Assembly (NCBI GenBank): GCA_018304425.1
Contig: JAGVWE010000002.1
Span: 320,001-384,000, forward strand
Direction: 5' to 3'
DNA: 64,000 nt
From: Candidatus Iainarchaeum sp.
GTDB taxonomy: Archaea > Iainarchaeota > Iainarchaeia > Iainarchaeales > UBA10219
The notes under the pieces are model-generated. The model was not told where the DNA came from, did no database searches, and was given only the letters and a program-made list of their open reading frames with translations. Position numbers and translations under genes: made by a program. Numbering within the stretch: position 1 is the first letter of the stretch; every line of letters begins with the position of its first letter. Shown piece by piece: positions 1 through 8,897 of this stretch.

Positions 1-5
1 AAGGC

Positions 6-737
6 ATGCACGCGCGGGTGATGGGCGAAGCAATTGACTTGGCCGGCGTGAAACGCTTGCACGAGGACCGCGTGTACGTGGCAGAGAACGGGGAACTCAA
101 GGAAGCCAGTTTTTTCGCGGGCAAGGTGTACGCCTTGAAGGCAGTTGAAGGCCACGCGCCCACCATCGAAATCAACGGGATACGCATGCACCGCGTCCCC
201 ACCCAGAAGGGGGTGGGGCCCGCCCCAGAAGAGGACGCGGAAAACAAAATCGGTTTCCTGGGCCTCAAGCTAGGAGAGAAAGTGCTGGACACCTGCTGTG
301 GCCTCGGCTACTCGGCGATTGCCGCGCTGCACCGCAGCTGCACGGTGACGGTCCTGGAGTTGGATGAAAACGTGTTGCGGTTGGCTGAACTGAATCCATG
401 GAGCCGGCCGCTCTTCGACGCCTTGAAGGAGGGGCAAGCGGAACTCGTGCACGGCAATTGCTTGGAGGAAATCCGGAAGCGCGGCAACGCGGAGTTCGAT
501 GCCGTGGTGCATGACCCGCCCAGGTTCAACGTGGCCAGCGACTTGTACGCCCAAGAGTTCTACGGAGAAGTGTGGCGCGTACTCGACGAAGACGGAAAGC
601 TGTTCCACTATACGGGCAAGCCCATGGAACGGCACGGTGGCGGGATAAGAAAGGGTGTTCAGAGTCGGCTGCGCAAGGCCGGGTTCCGGAACATCGAGTG
701 GAACGAGGAATGTTTGGGGTTTAGGGCGCGGAAGTAG
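6..737 (+). CDS. SAM-dependent methyltransferase (COG2521-like archaeal family); true start may lie upstream of the window
   Basis: Motif I VLDTCCGLGY, acidic residue ending strand 2 (VLELD), HDPPRF motif. Confidence 0.8.
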   Translation: MHARVMGEAIDLAGVKRLHEDRVYVAENGELKEASFFAGKVYALKAVEGHAPTIEINGIRMHRVPTQKGVGPAPEEDAENKIGFLGLKLGEKVLDTCCGLGYSAIAALHRSCTVTVLELDENVLRLAELNPWSRPLFDALKEGQAELVHGNCLEEIRKRGNAEFDAVVHDPPRFNVASDLYAQEFYGEVWRVLDEDGKLFHYTGKPMERHGGGIRKGVQSRLRKAGFRNIEWNEECLGFRARK

Positions 738-739
738 AC

Positions 740-781
740 GGGCAAAGAATTATATTCCGGAACGCTGTTAGGCTTGGCATG
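740..781 (+). promoter_or_regulatory. Archaeal BRE/TATA promoter, probably leaderless transcript (copy 1 of a duplicated element)
   Basis: gggcaaagaaTTATATtcc about 28 nt upstream of ATG 779; near-identical copy at 2030-2071. Confidence 0.55.
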
Positions 782-1405
782 GGGCGGATTTTTTTCGCGG
801 TTTTGTTTGCGGTCTTGCTGGTGGCGGGGTGCGTGCAGCAGCAGCCACAGGGGCCCCCAACAGGGCAACCAAAGCAGCTCATAACCCCTTCCATCATCGA
901 GAACGGCCAAGCCAAGCCCATCCTGCCTGGCTCGTCCGCAGGAGGGGGCGTGGACTACACCTATTATTCGTCGCCCGTGTTCCTCTTGTACTATCCGCGG
1001 GGTTGGGCAGCCGAGGAAGTCGGCAACGGCCAGTTCGCATTCACCGCGCCCGTTGAAGGCGACCCGGAAAAAAACGTGGCCGACCAGCTGATAGTGGAAA
1101 TCTGGGCAGGCGAGGAAAGCACGCCGGAAGCCTACGCCAACTACGAGGCCGAGTTCATGGTCGAAGGCGACCGGGTCACGGGCGGGGGCGCAATCACGTT
1201 CAAGGACCGCGCGGCCTTTGTCATCGAAGTCGAGGGGCCCAACGAGCGCACGGGCAAGCCCATGTTCTACCAGACGGTTTTCTTCCGCAACGGAAAATGG
1301 GTCTACCGATTGCAGTACTCCATGGAGAAGGCACGGCAGGAAAAAGTGCAGCCCCTGTTCGAGGACATGCTCGACCGGTTCGTGGTCGGAAACTACCAAG
1401 GCTGA
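779..1405 (+). CDS. Lipoprotein with PsbP/DUF1795-like domain
   Basis: Hydrophobic N-terminus with LVAGC lipobox; YPRGW motif and beta-rich PsbP-like pattern. Confidence 0.65.
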   Translation: MGRIFFAVLFAVLLVAGCVQQQPQGPPTGQPKQLITPSIIENGQAKPILPGSSAGGGVDYTYYSSPVFLLYYPRGWAAEEVGNGQFAFTAPVEGDPEKNVADQLIVEIWAGEESTPEAYANYEAEFMVEGDRVTGGGAITFKDRAAFVIEVEGPNERTGKPMFYQTVFFRNGKWVYRLQYSMEKARQEKVQPLFEDMLDRFVVGNYQG

Positions 1406-1410
1406 TTTTT

Positions 1411-1956
1411 TTACGCCGGCAAGGGAAGCGGCCGCATGCGGCCGAACTTGATGTACCAGGCCGTGTTGCCGCCAATGAAGGGGCCCGCCTGGTAGACCAC
1501 GTAAAAGAAGTCGACGCCCACCGGGCCTTCGAGGATGGGGCCCGAAAAGGTTCCATTGTTCCAACCGACAAGCACCATTTTCAGCCTGGGGTCGTAGCCC
1601 GCATCCTGGTTGGGCGGCAATCCCCAGGCCTCCCAGTCCCCTTCCAGGATGGGTTCCACGCGCCAAGTGCCCGAAGACGAGCCATAACTCCAGGTCTTGT
1701 CGGCTTTGACTTCGATGCGGCGGAGGTTGCGGGTCTCGGAATAGCTGCGCCAGGTTTCAACGAGACTAGCCTCGACGTCAGCGGTGGAAGCAGATGAAAC
1801 GGGGGGCTCGGTCTGGGGGGCGTTGGGTTGCTCGGGTGCCTCTGGGTTGGGCTCGGACTGGGTTTGGTTGGAGGAAGAGCCCGTGCAACCGCTGGCCGCG
1901 ACGAGTAAGACGAGGAGAACCAGCATCCAGCAGGGCAGGGGATTCCGGAATCGCAT
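1411..1956 (-). CDS. Hypothetical lipoprotein
   Basis: ATG 1956 about 25 nt below a TATA-like cttatata; signal peptide with ASGC lipobox and Pro/Gln linker. Confidence 0.65.
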   Translation of the reverse strand: MRFRNPLPCWMLVLLVLLVAASGCTGSSSNQTQSEPNPEAPEQPNAPQTEPPVSSASTADVEASLVETWRSYSETRNLRRIEVKADKTWSYGSSSGTWRVEPILEGDWEAWGLPPNQDAGYDPRLKMVLVGWNNGTFSGPILEGPVGVDFFYVVYQAGPFIGGNTAWYIKFGRMRPLPLPA

Positions 1957-2029
1957 GGCAAGAATACGCTGAAGAGGTATATAAGGGTTGGGGCATGTTG
2001 GCGGAACCATCCAGTGAATGCCTTGGACC

Positions 2030-2071
2030 GGGCAAAGGATTATATTCGGGAAATCCGTTAGGAATGGCATG
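2030..2071 (+). promoter_or_regulatory. BRE/TATA promoter (copy 2 of the duplicated element)
   Basis: gggcaaaggaTTATATtcgggaaatccgttaggaatggcATG matches the 740-781 element. Confidence 0.5.
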
Positions 2072-2124
2072 GGGGCACTCATGGCCTTGGCCTGGATGGG
2101 TTTGTGGTTGGGGCGGTGGCGAGC

Positions 2125-3057
2125 ATGAAACGGGAACAACCTGGCTGGGCCGTGGTCCTTGCCTGTCTGGCCTTTTTTTCCCTGCTGCCCGGGGCCCTGG
2201 CCGACTTGGGGCCCAAGCCGACCGCCGAGGCAATGCTGTCCGTGGACGGAAAGCCCTTCCAGAATGCCTTGGTCTCCCTACAGGAATGCGTGGAAACCGC
2301 TGGGGGGCCGAACGAGGACTACTCGTTGGGCGGGTTGGGCGCGGCCCAGGCCTGGGTTTCAGGCAACGGGGTACAGGCGTTGTTGCGGGACGAGGAAGGA
2401 ACGGAGGCCGTGGCGCCCCTGCAAGGCAGGCAACTGGAGAAAGCCCGTGCCTTTGTCCGGCCGGCGTGGGACGCGGAAAAAAAGTGTTACTGGCAACCGG
2501 CCTACCGGGCCTTTGCTGCATGCGAAAAAGCGGCGTGCACTTTCACGTACATGGTGCCGCAAGCCTTTAGGCTGACGGTATTGGACTTGGATTCCGGAGC
2601 AGTTTTTACCAGTCGGGAACTCAAGCGGACCGGGTTCAACGCGGTCTACGAAATAGGCTTTGATTCCGGGACCGGGCAGGGGAAAGCAATAGAAACCAGC
2701 CTGACTGGAGACTGGCAGCTCAGCTTGTTCGTGGCGTTGCTCCTTGCAACGCTGGTCATTGAATTGTTTGTGGGGGCCCTTGCCGCGCATTTTTGGCTGA
2801 AGAGGCCGGCGCGGACCTTTTTCGTGCCAGTGGCCATTGGAAACCTGGCCAGCTATCCCCTGGTGTTCTTTGGCTTGCGGGCCCTGCCGGCAGGCTTTGC
2901 GGAGGGTCTTTTGCTCCTGGAGTTGGGAGCCTTTGCCTTGGAAGCAATGGTCTTGAAGAAGATGACCGGCTTGACCTGGAAACAGGCACTGGCGTGCAGC
3001 GCGGGAATGAACCTGGCTTCCTTTGCAGTGGGTGGGTTGCCGCTCGCGTTCACGTGA
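2125..3057 (+). CDS. Membrane protein with signal peptide, extracellular domain and about 4 C-terminal TM helices
   Basis: Signal peptide ending ALA-DLGPKP; hydrophobic C-terminal segments. Confidence 0.7.
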   Translation: MKREQPGWAVVLACLAFFSLLPGALADLGPKPTAEAMLSVDGKPFQNALVSLQECVETAGGPNEDYSLGGLGAAQAWVSGNGVQALLRDEEGTEAVAPLQGRQLEKARAFVRPAWDAEKKCYWQPAYRAFAACEKAACTFTYMVPQAFRLTVLDLDSGAVFTSRELKRTGFNAVYEIGFDSGTGQGKAIETSLTGDWQLSLFVALLLATLVIELFVGALAAHFWLKRPARTFFVPVAIGNLASYPLVFFGLRALPAGFAEGLLLLELGAFALEAMVLKKMTGLTWKQALACSAGMNLASFAVGGLPLAFT

Positions 3058-3081
3058 GGAACGGGAAGCAAGCACGGGCCG

Positions 3082-3675
3082 TTAAACGTCTTTGGTGACC
3101 TGGAAGGAGTTGATGATGGCTTGTGCGCTGGCCTCGGCTGCCGCGAACTCCGCTGGCTTGTTGATGTACACCAGGGAGTAAATGATGTCCTTGCGGGTGG
3201 CGTAGACTTGCAGGGCTTTGACTGGGGTGCCGTCCTGCAAGGTCATGGTGTAAACGAGTTGGTGGGCTGGCAGGGAGCCCAGCATGGCTGGCTTCGAGTC
3301 AAGGAGACTGAAGTCCTGTAAGACGGTGGGAAGCTCTTGGAGGGTGAGGGCCGTATAGTCCTCCAAGGTCATGGGCCGTTCGCGCAGGTCCTGCATGGTC
3401 AGGCCCACGTTTTCCGTGAAGCCGTCGCTGGCCGCGCCAGGAGGAGAAAAAGCGACAATCAGGGCGGGCGAGGACTCGTCCTTCGTCCAACCCGTGGGAT
3501 AATTCATGGCCACGCCGTACTCGAAGTTGTTGTAGCCCGAAAGCCCGGCGGGTGCGGAAATGAGGCCAAGGCCTTGCGCGGGGGCTTGAGGAGCCGAAGC
3601 CGCGGGCGGTTGGTTAACACAACCCAGCAAGGCGATGAGCACAAGCAGTGAAAGGATGACTCCCCTTGATTGCAT
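3082..3675 (-). CDS. PsbP-related lipoprotein
   Basis: LLGC lipobox; YPTGW, FTENV and PAHQLVYT motifs typical of PsbP-like domains. Confidence 0.75.
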   Translation of the reverse strand: MQSRGVILSLLVLIALLGCVNQPPAASAPQAPAQGLGLISAPAGLSGYNNFEYGVAMNYPTGWTKDESSPALIVAFSPPGAASDGFTENVGLTMQDLRERPMTLEDYTALTLQELPTVLQDFSLLDSKPAMLGSLPAHQLVYTMTLQDGTPVKALQVYATRKDIIYSLVYINKPAEFAAAEASAQAIINSFQVTKDV

Positions 3676-3856
3676 GGCACATTATGCGGCAAGGAACTAT
3701 ATAAAGGTATCGAGGTTGTTTTCGCACCGGAAATCTGGTCTCGTTTCCTTTAAAAAGGGTTGAAGCGTAAGAGGTACAGCGGCGGCATCCATGGGGGCAG
3801 GCACTCACGCCAGGGCCTGGCCCCTGACCGCTTGCGCGCCGCGTGGAGGAATGCAT

Positions 3857-4876
3857 ATGGCGAAGGAAGTAGTAGCGAAAGAATTAGTCAAGGAACTCGA
3901 CAAGCAGGTCGAAAAAGAGGTTGCGAAAACAACCGAGGTCAAGGAAATCACGGATTTGCCGGGCATTGGCCCGCAGGCAGCCGAAAAACTCTTTTCTGCC
4001 GGGTATAAGACCCTGGAAAGCATTGCCGTGGCCTCACCCATGGAACTCATCGAAGTCGCGGGCCTCGGAGAGGTCACGGCCCAAAAAGCCATCAAGGCCG
4101 CGCGGGACGCCATGCAGATGGGCTTTGAAAGCGCGGACAAGATGGCGGAGCGGAGGAAACTGGTGGGAAGGATTTCCACGGGCAGCAAGGAAGTGGATGC
4201 CCTGATTGGGGGCGGGATTGAAACGCAGAGCATCACCGAGGTCTACGGCAAGTACGCGAGTTCGAAGACCCAGTGGTGCTTTCAGACGGCGGTGAACGTG
4301 CAGTTGCCCAAGGAAAAGGGCGGCCTGGCCGGGAACACGCTGTACATCGACAGCGAAAACAGTTTCAGGCCGGAAAGAATCATCTCCATTTCGAAGGCGC
4401 GGGGCGTGGACCCAGACAAGACCCTGAAAAACATTTTCGTGGCAAGGGCGTACAATGCAGACCACCAGATGCTGTTGACGGACAAGGCGGTGGAACTCAT
4501 CAAGGAAAAAAACATCAAGCTCTTGATTGTCGACTCCTTGACCAGCCACTTCAGGGCGGAGTTCAGTGGCCGCGGTCAATTAGCTGACCGGCAGCAGAAG
4601 CTGAACCGGCACATGCATACCCTCCAAAAAATCGCTGAAATGAACAACGTGGCCGTGCTGGTAACCAACCAGGTCATGGAGCGGCCGGACATCCTGTTCG
4701 GGGACCCGACGGCTCCCATTGGGGGAAACATTGTGGGGCACGCCTCGAAGACCCGGATTTACCTTCGGAAGAGCAAGGAAGACAAAAGGGTTGCCAAGCT
4801 GGTGGACAGCCCCAGCCTCCCGGACGGGGAAGCCATCTACCGGGTCACGGAAAGGGGATTGGAGGACGCCGAGTGA
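3857..4876 (+). CDS. radA: DNA repair and recombination protein RadA
   Basis: N-terminal HhH (DLPGIGP), GGGIETQSITE, YIDSENSFRPER, Walker B LIVDS, RGQLADRQQKL; GGAGG SD before ATG 3857. Confidence 0.97.
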   Translation: MAKEVVAKELVKELDKQVEKEVAKTTEVKEITDLPGIGPQAAEKLFSAGYKTLESIAVASPMELIEVAGLGEVTAQKAIKAARDAMQMGFESADKMAERRKLVGRISTGSKEVDALIGGGIETQSITEVYGKYASSKTQWCFQTAVNVQLPKEKGGLAGNTLYIDSENSFRPERIISISKARGVDPDKTLKNIFVARAYNADHQMLLTDKAVELIKEKNIKLLIVDSLTSHFRAEFSGRGQLADRQQKLNRHMHTLQKIAEMNNVAVLVTNQVMERPDILFGDPTAPIGGNIVGHASKTRIYLRKSKEDKRVAKLVDSPSLPDGEAIYRVTERGLEDAE

Positions 4877-4935
4877 GGTGGCATACGCCCCTCTTTTTAA
4901 CTTTTTTCCCATCTCCATCATGCGGTGATTGGCGT

Positions 4936-5256
4936 ATGGCTGAACTGATTGACCAGGACTATTTGCATTTCGCGGAAGTGTTCAAGGAATCCCTACCTGA
5001 GTTGGCGGCTGACTACGAGGCGTGGAAGAAAAAGACGCAGGCCGGCGAAGTCTTCGACAAGAAAACGACGGAGCTGCTGGCGTTGGCGGCCAGCTTTGCC
5101 ATGCTGTGCCCGTACTGCATCGATTCCCACGCACCAAAGGCGAAGGCGCATGGCGCGACCCGGGAAGAGATTGCCGCCGTGCTCCACATCGCTTCCGCGG
5201 TAAGGGCTGGGGCCTGCATGTCGTTCGGGTTGCAGGCATTCAAGCCGTTCAAATAA
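4936..5256 (+). CDS. Carboxymuconolactone decarboxylase/AhpD family protein
   Basis: KTTELLALA...CPYCIDSH...GATREEI motif; GGTGA SD. Confidence 0.88.
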   Translation: MAELIDQDYLHFAEVFKESLPELAADYEAWKKKTQAGEVFDKKTTELLALAASFAMLCPYCIDSHAPKAKAHGATREEIAAVLHIASAVRAGACMSFGLQAFKPFK

Positions 5257-6289
5257 CCGGTGCCGGGGCGTCCAGGATTTCGAGGACGTCGAGTTGCGTG
5301 CAGGTGCAGGGCACGCCAAGCAGGGAGGCAAGGTTGGGCATGCTTCTCCCCTCATCACCGGAAACGAATTCCTTTACGTAGAGACCGGAACTCGCCCGGA
5401 GCACGAGTTCAAAGGACGCGGCATCCAGGGGCTTCACGGACTCGAGCACGGTGTACTTGGCGCGGAGCTTGTCCGGCCTCCGCTTGGAGACGCGGAGGGG
5501 CGTGCGCTGCTCGATGGAAAGCCTTTGGCCGAGTGCAGGGGAAAGCCGGGAGAGGTCGAAGGGCGCGGAACCGGTGACCACGGCGGCATAGCGTTTCTCG
5601 TGTTCCGCGTTCTTGTACTCGGACACGCTTTCCTTGCCGCAAAAGCAGAGGACGGAAACCCGGAGCTTGCCCGGGAACCCGGCATTGATTCCGGTGGCAA
5701 GGGCTTCCAGGTTGGCCGAGCGCCGGCGGGGTTCCACGAGTTCAAAGACAAAGGGGCGGCCGGAGCCCAGCATCCGGACATCCACGTCTTCGCGGCCGGC
5801 TCCGTGGAAGACGCCGCGTGCGGCCCCGAACGCTGGAACCAGGACTTGGGCCAGCAGTTCCTCGACGGATTCCTCGGAGAGGCGGCCGGTTCCGTGACAG
5901 AATGCGCAACCCCTACCGCGGCCCTTGCACTTGAAGCAGTAGTGCGTGGTCTGGGCAAGGGAACGCGAGAACTTGTTGTAGCGGCCGCACACGTAGACGG
6001 GCGAGAGGCGTAGTTCGAGGCGGCGGCAGACGAAGTCCAGCAAGCAGTCAACGTCCGCGCCATGGGGTTGGAATGACTTGTTCAAGGCCTTTTCGAGGCC
6101 GCGGACGAGCTCGGCTTGGACGTCTTTGCGGAGTGCGGCTTGCTCGGCCTCGGACAGGGCGGAGTCAAAGCGGCAGCCCAGGGAAAAGGAAGCGAATTCC
6201 GTGTCGTGCAAAGCATTGGATAGAAAGGAAACACCGGCTGGAACCCCTGTGGGCTCAGGTTTTAAGCCAGGTGGAAAAGCCAGTTGCAT
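5249..6289 (-). CDS. pus10: tRNA pseudouridine(54/55) synthase Pus10
   Basis: GRYNKFSR, catalytic FHGAGREDVDVRMLGSGRPF, QRTPLRV, GLYVKEFVSGDEGR. Confidence 0.93.
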   Translation of the reverse strand: MQLAFPPGLKPEPTGVPAGVSFLSNALHDTEFASFSLGCRFDSALSEAEQAALRKDVQAELVRGLEKALNKSFQPHGADVDCLLDFVCRRLELRLSPVYVCGRYNKFSRSLAQTTHYCFKCKGRGRGCAFCHGTGRLSEESVEELLAQVLVPAFGAARGVFHGAGREDVDVRMLGSGRPFVFELVEPRRRSANLEALATGINAGFPGKLRVSVLCFCGKESVSEYKNAEHEKRYAAVVTGSAPFDLSRLSPALGQRLSIEQRTPLRVSKRRPDKLRAKYTVLESVKPLDAASFELVLRASSGLYVKEFVSGDEGRSMPNLASLLGVPCTCTQLDVLEILDAPAPVI

Positions 6290-6407
6290 GTGAGGAGAAA
6301 GCAAAAAAGGGTTAAAAAGGCGCGCTGTTTTTGAATTTTTCCCGGCCCCTGGTCCTGGAGACATCTTCTTTTTAACTCGTTGCCGCTGATTGTTTGAGGG
6401 AAAGAAA

Positions 6408-7526
6408 ATGCCTGGCCTGGATAGCAACGCAAGCGAATTGATGCGCAAGGAGTTCGTCACGGCGGATGTGGAAGAGCCCCTCACCAAAATCATTGGGCGC
6501 ATGCGGCAGTTCAGGCAAGACAACATAGTCATTACCGAGGGGGGCCGGTATGTGGGCATGGTCTCCAAGCGGGAGATGCTGCGGAAGAAGGTGGACTTCC
6601 GGCAGATGAAGGCCAAGAGCGTGCTGGCCAAGTACCCTGCCCTGGAAAGAGGAACTGCCTTGCCGGACATCGTGCAGGCCATGTATTCTTCGGGGGCACG
6701 CGAACTAGCGGTGATACACAAGGGCAGGGCCATCGGCGCGGTAACCGTCAACGAAGTCATCGCGCAGATGAAGAAAATCCCGGAGCTCCGGCAGCTGACC
6801 GCGTCCGAGGTGTGCGTGAAAAACCCTTTGACACTGCGGGAGGACGACAACCTTTCACAGGCCATCAGCCGCATGAAGAAAAGCAACGTCAAAAAAATGC
6901 CGGTCGTGGATGGAGACGGCTTGCTGAAGGGCATCCTGCGCTGGGAAAACCTCATGGAAACCTATCTGCTCCAAGCCGTCGAAAAAAACGAGGTCTACCG
7001 CGCCAACGTGCGGGGCGGCCACACCGCGGACAAGCAATCGGCTCTGAAAGTGCGGGTGGGCGGGATTGCCGGCACCAATTACGTGGTGGCTACGGAACAC
7101 GAATCGCTGGAAAAAATCGTTGACTTCATGAAGGAGCGGGACGCGGTCATCCTGGTCAAGAAGGAGAAGCCGACTGGCATCATCACCTATGGGAACCTGT
7201 TGCGCGCCTTTGAGCGCGTGAACGTCGTGCCCAGGAACATCCAGTGGGTTCACAAGCCGGAACTGGATTCCTTTGAAGAAGCCAAGGTGGACTCGGCGTT
7301 GGCCGAATTCTATGACAAGGCCGAAAAGCGGCTGGAAACGGATATACGCCTGGAAGCGCATTTCAAGGCGTTCCACGCGCAGGGCAAGCGCAAGCAGTAC
7401 TTGCTGCGGCTGCGCCTGTTTTGGGCCGGGAAACTGGCGGAAGCCACTAAGGAAGAGTGGAGTCCTTTGACGGTGGTGCAAAAGGCCATCAAGGCATTGG
7501 AAAATGGTTTTAGGCACAGGATGTAA
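6408..7526 (+). CDS. Four-CBS-domain protein with C-terminal HPF/RaiA-like domain (archaeal Hib-type ribosome hibernation factor candidate)
   Basis: Two CBS pairs (e.g. MPVVDGDGLLKGIL, KPTGIIT) followed by an approximately 95 aa beta-alpha-beta-beta-beta-alpha-like tail; alternative TTG start 6390. Confidence 0.75.
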   Translation: MPGLDSNASELMRKEFVTADVEEPLTKIIGRMRQFRQDNIVITEGGRYVGMVSKREMLRKKVDFRQMKAKSVLAKYPALERGTALPDIVQAMYSSGARELAVIHKGRAIGAVTVNEVIAQMKKIPELRQLTASEVCVKNPLTLREDDNLSQAISRMKKSNVKKMPVVDGDGLLKGILRWENLMETYLLQAVEKNEVYRANVRGGHTADKQSALKVRVGGIAGTNYVVATEHESLEKIVDFMKERDAVILVKKEKPTGIITYGNLLRAFERVNVVPRNIQWVHKPELDSFEEAKVDSALAEFYDKAEKRLETDIRLEAHFKAFHAQGKRKQYLLRLRLFWAGKLAEATKEEWSPLTVVQKAIKALENGFRHRM

Positions 7527-7538
7527 GGAGGCGGGAAG

Positions 7539-7913
7539 GTGGCGGAAAATGTTTTCGTGTTGAAGTTGAAGGATGACCTGGATGTCGTGGGCGAAGTGGA
7601 GCGGTTCTGCGAAAAGGAGCACATCAAGTACGGGGTGCTGCTGGGAGCAGTCGGCAAGCTGAAGGAATTTGAGGTGGTCGCGTTCCGGGAACGTGGAGTC
7701 ATCGAGAAAAAGTTTTTCAGGGAAGCCCACGAGTTGAACTCTGTTTCAGGCAAGATTCAGTGGCTGGGCGGGAAATACACCAGCCACATCAACGTGGCGG
7801 TGGGCGAGAAGAGCTTCCGCTCAATCAACGGCCAGTTGATGCGGGGAAAGGCTGCAGGGGACCTCGAGTTAACCATCCGGAAAGTGGACCTGGGTAAAAT
7901 AATCGAGGCCTGA
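7539..7913 (+). CDS. PPC/DUF296 domain protein
   Basis: LKLKDDLDV, GAVGKL, ELNSVSGKI, SHIN pattern; GGAGG SD and GTG start. Confidence 0.8.
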   Translation: MAENVFVLKLKDDLDVVGEVERFCEKEHIKYGVLLGAVGKLKEFEVVAFRERGVIEKKFFREAHELNSVSGKIQWLGGKYTSHINVAVGEKSFRSINGQLMRGKAAGDLELTIRKVDLGKIIEA

Positions 7914-7925
7914 ACGTGGGAATGG

Positions 7926-8816
7926 CTAGGGCAGCGGAATGGAAAGCGTTTCCACCTGGTTGTCCGAGGCCTTGACGGAAAAAAGGGCGTGAACTGTTTT
8001 TTGGCTGCGGGGCCGTGTCTTGTAGAGGGAGAGGTTCAGGCCCGGGATAACCGCAAAGGCTGGCTCGTATTTGGAGATCTGGCCATCCCCATCCAAGTCG
8101 GAGCCCAGGAACCGTATTTCCTGTCCAGTGCCTGAATGGAGGACGGGCGTGCGGGCGTCCAGCAACAGGTAGAACGCATCCTGGTTTCGTTCCCTGACCA
8201 CGACTGGAGTGTACTGGAATTTGAGGTTACCTTGGCCGGTCAACTGGATGGTTGGAACCAGGGAGTCAAAGGAATTCCGGTAGCTCAGGTAGAACCGGTT
8301 AGCGGGGGAAGCCTGGAAGGGGGGCACGGGCACGCAAACGCCTTGAATGGGTTGGCAAACGGAAATGGAGTGAAATGTTAACAAAGTGAGCGTGTTGGCC
8401 CGTGAGATGCGCGTAACCATGTACTCCATACCGAGAAAGTCAAGGGGTTGGTACTCAGTGGAGAGCACACGATACGGCTGGGCATAATCGGTTTTCCCGT
8501 AGAAGAGGTGTGCGGTTCGCTTGCCGTTCACGAGTTGTCGGCTGACCTTCAACGAAAACGGGACGCCGTTGAAGGGTTCCTTTGGGGAAACGATGAGTTC
8601 TCTTTCTTTGACGCGCGCGTCCAGGACATAGGTCTTGGTGCGGTCAAAGGAGAGGATGGCGTCAAAGGGGCTGGCCTCGACCCGGATGTATAATGGGATT
8701 GAATGGGTTCCCTGTGCATCGGCAAACTCGAATGCGGGGCCCAGCGAAAGGGGTGCTGCCTGCGTGGAGGAAACCAGGGAAAACAAGAACAAGACCGGAA
8801 AGAAAAGGCTGCGCAT
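7926..8816 (-). CDS. Secreted hypothetical protein
   Basis: Signal peptide; beta-rich body; DLDGDGQIS Ca-binding-like loop. Confidence 0.6.
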   Translation of the reverse strand: MRSLFFPVLFLFSLVSSTQAAPLSLGPAFEFADAQGTHSIPLYIRVEASPFDAILSFDRTKTYVLDARVKERELIVSPKEPFNGVPFSLKVSRQLVNGKRTAHLFYGKTDYAQPYRVLSTEYQPLDFLGMEYMVTRISRANTLTLLTFHSISVCQPIQGVCVPVPPFQASPANRFYLSYRNSFDSLVPTIQLTGQGNLKFQYTPVVVRERNQDAFYLLLDARTPVLHSGTGQEIRFLGSDLDGDGQISKYEPAFAVIPGLNLSLYKTRPRSQKTVHALFSVKASDNQVETLSIPLP

Positions 8817-8897
8817 GGAAGCAGGAAAAGCCGAAACGCGTTTAAGGGTTCCGGGTCAGGCAAGGGGTATAATAAGTTTTTCCGCTTCAATCCATGC

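Noticed and set aside
5249-6955. 568-aa ORF suggesting an N-terminally extended Pus10
   Set aside because: The extension is antisense to the CBS gene; the plausible start is ATG 6289
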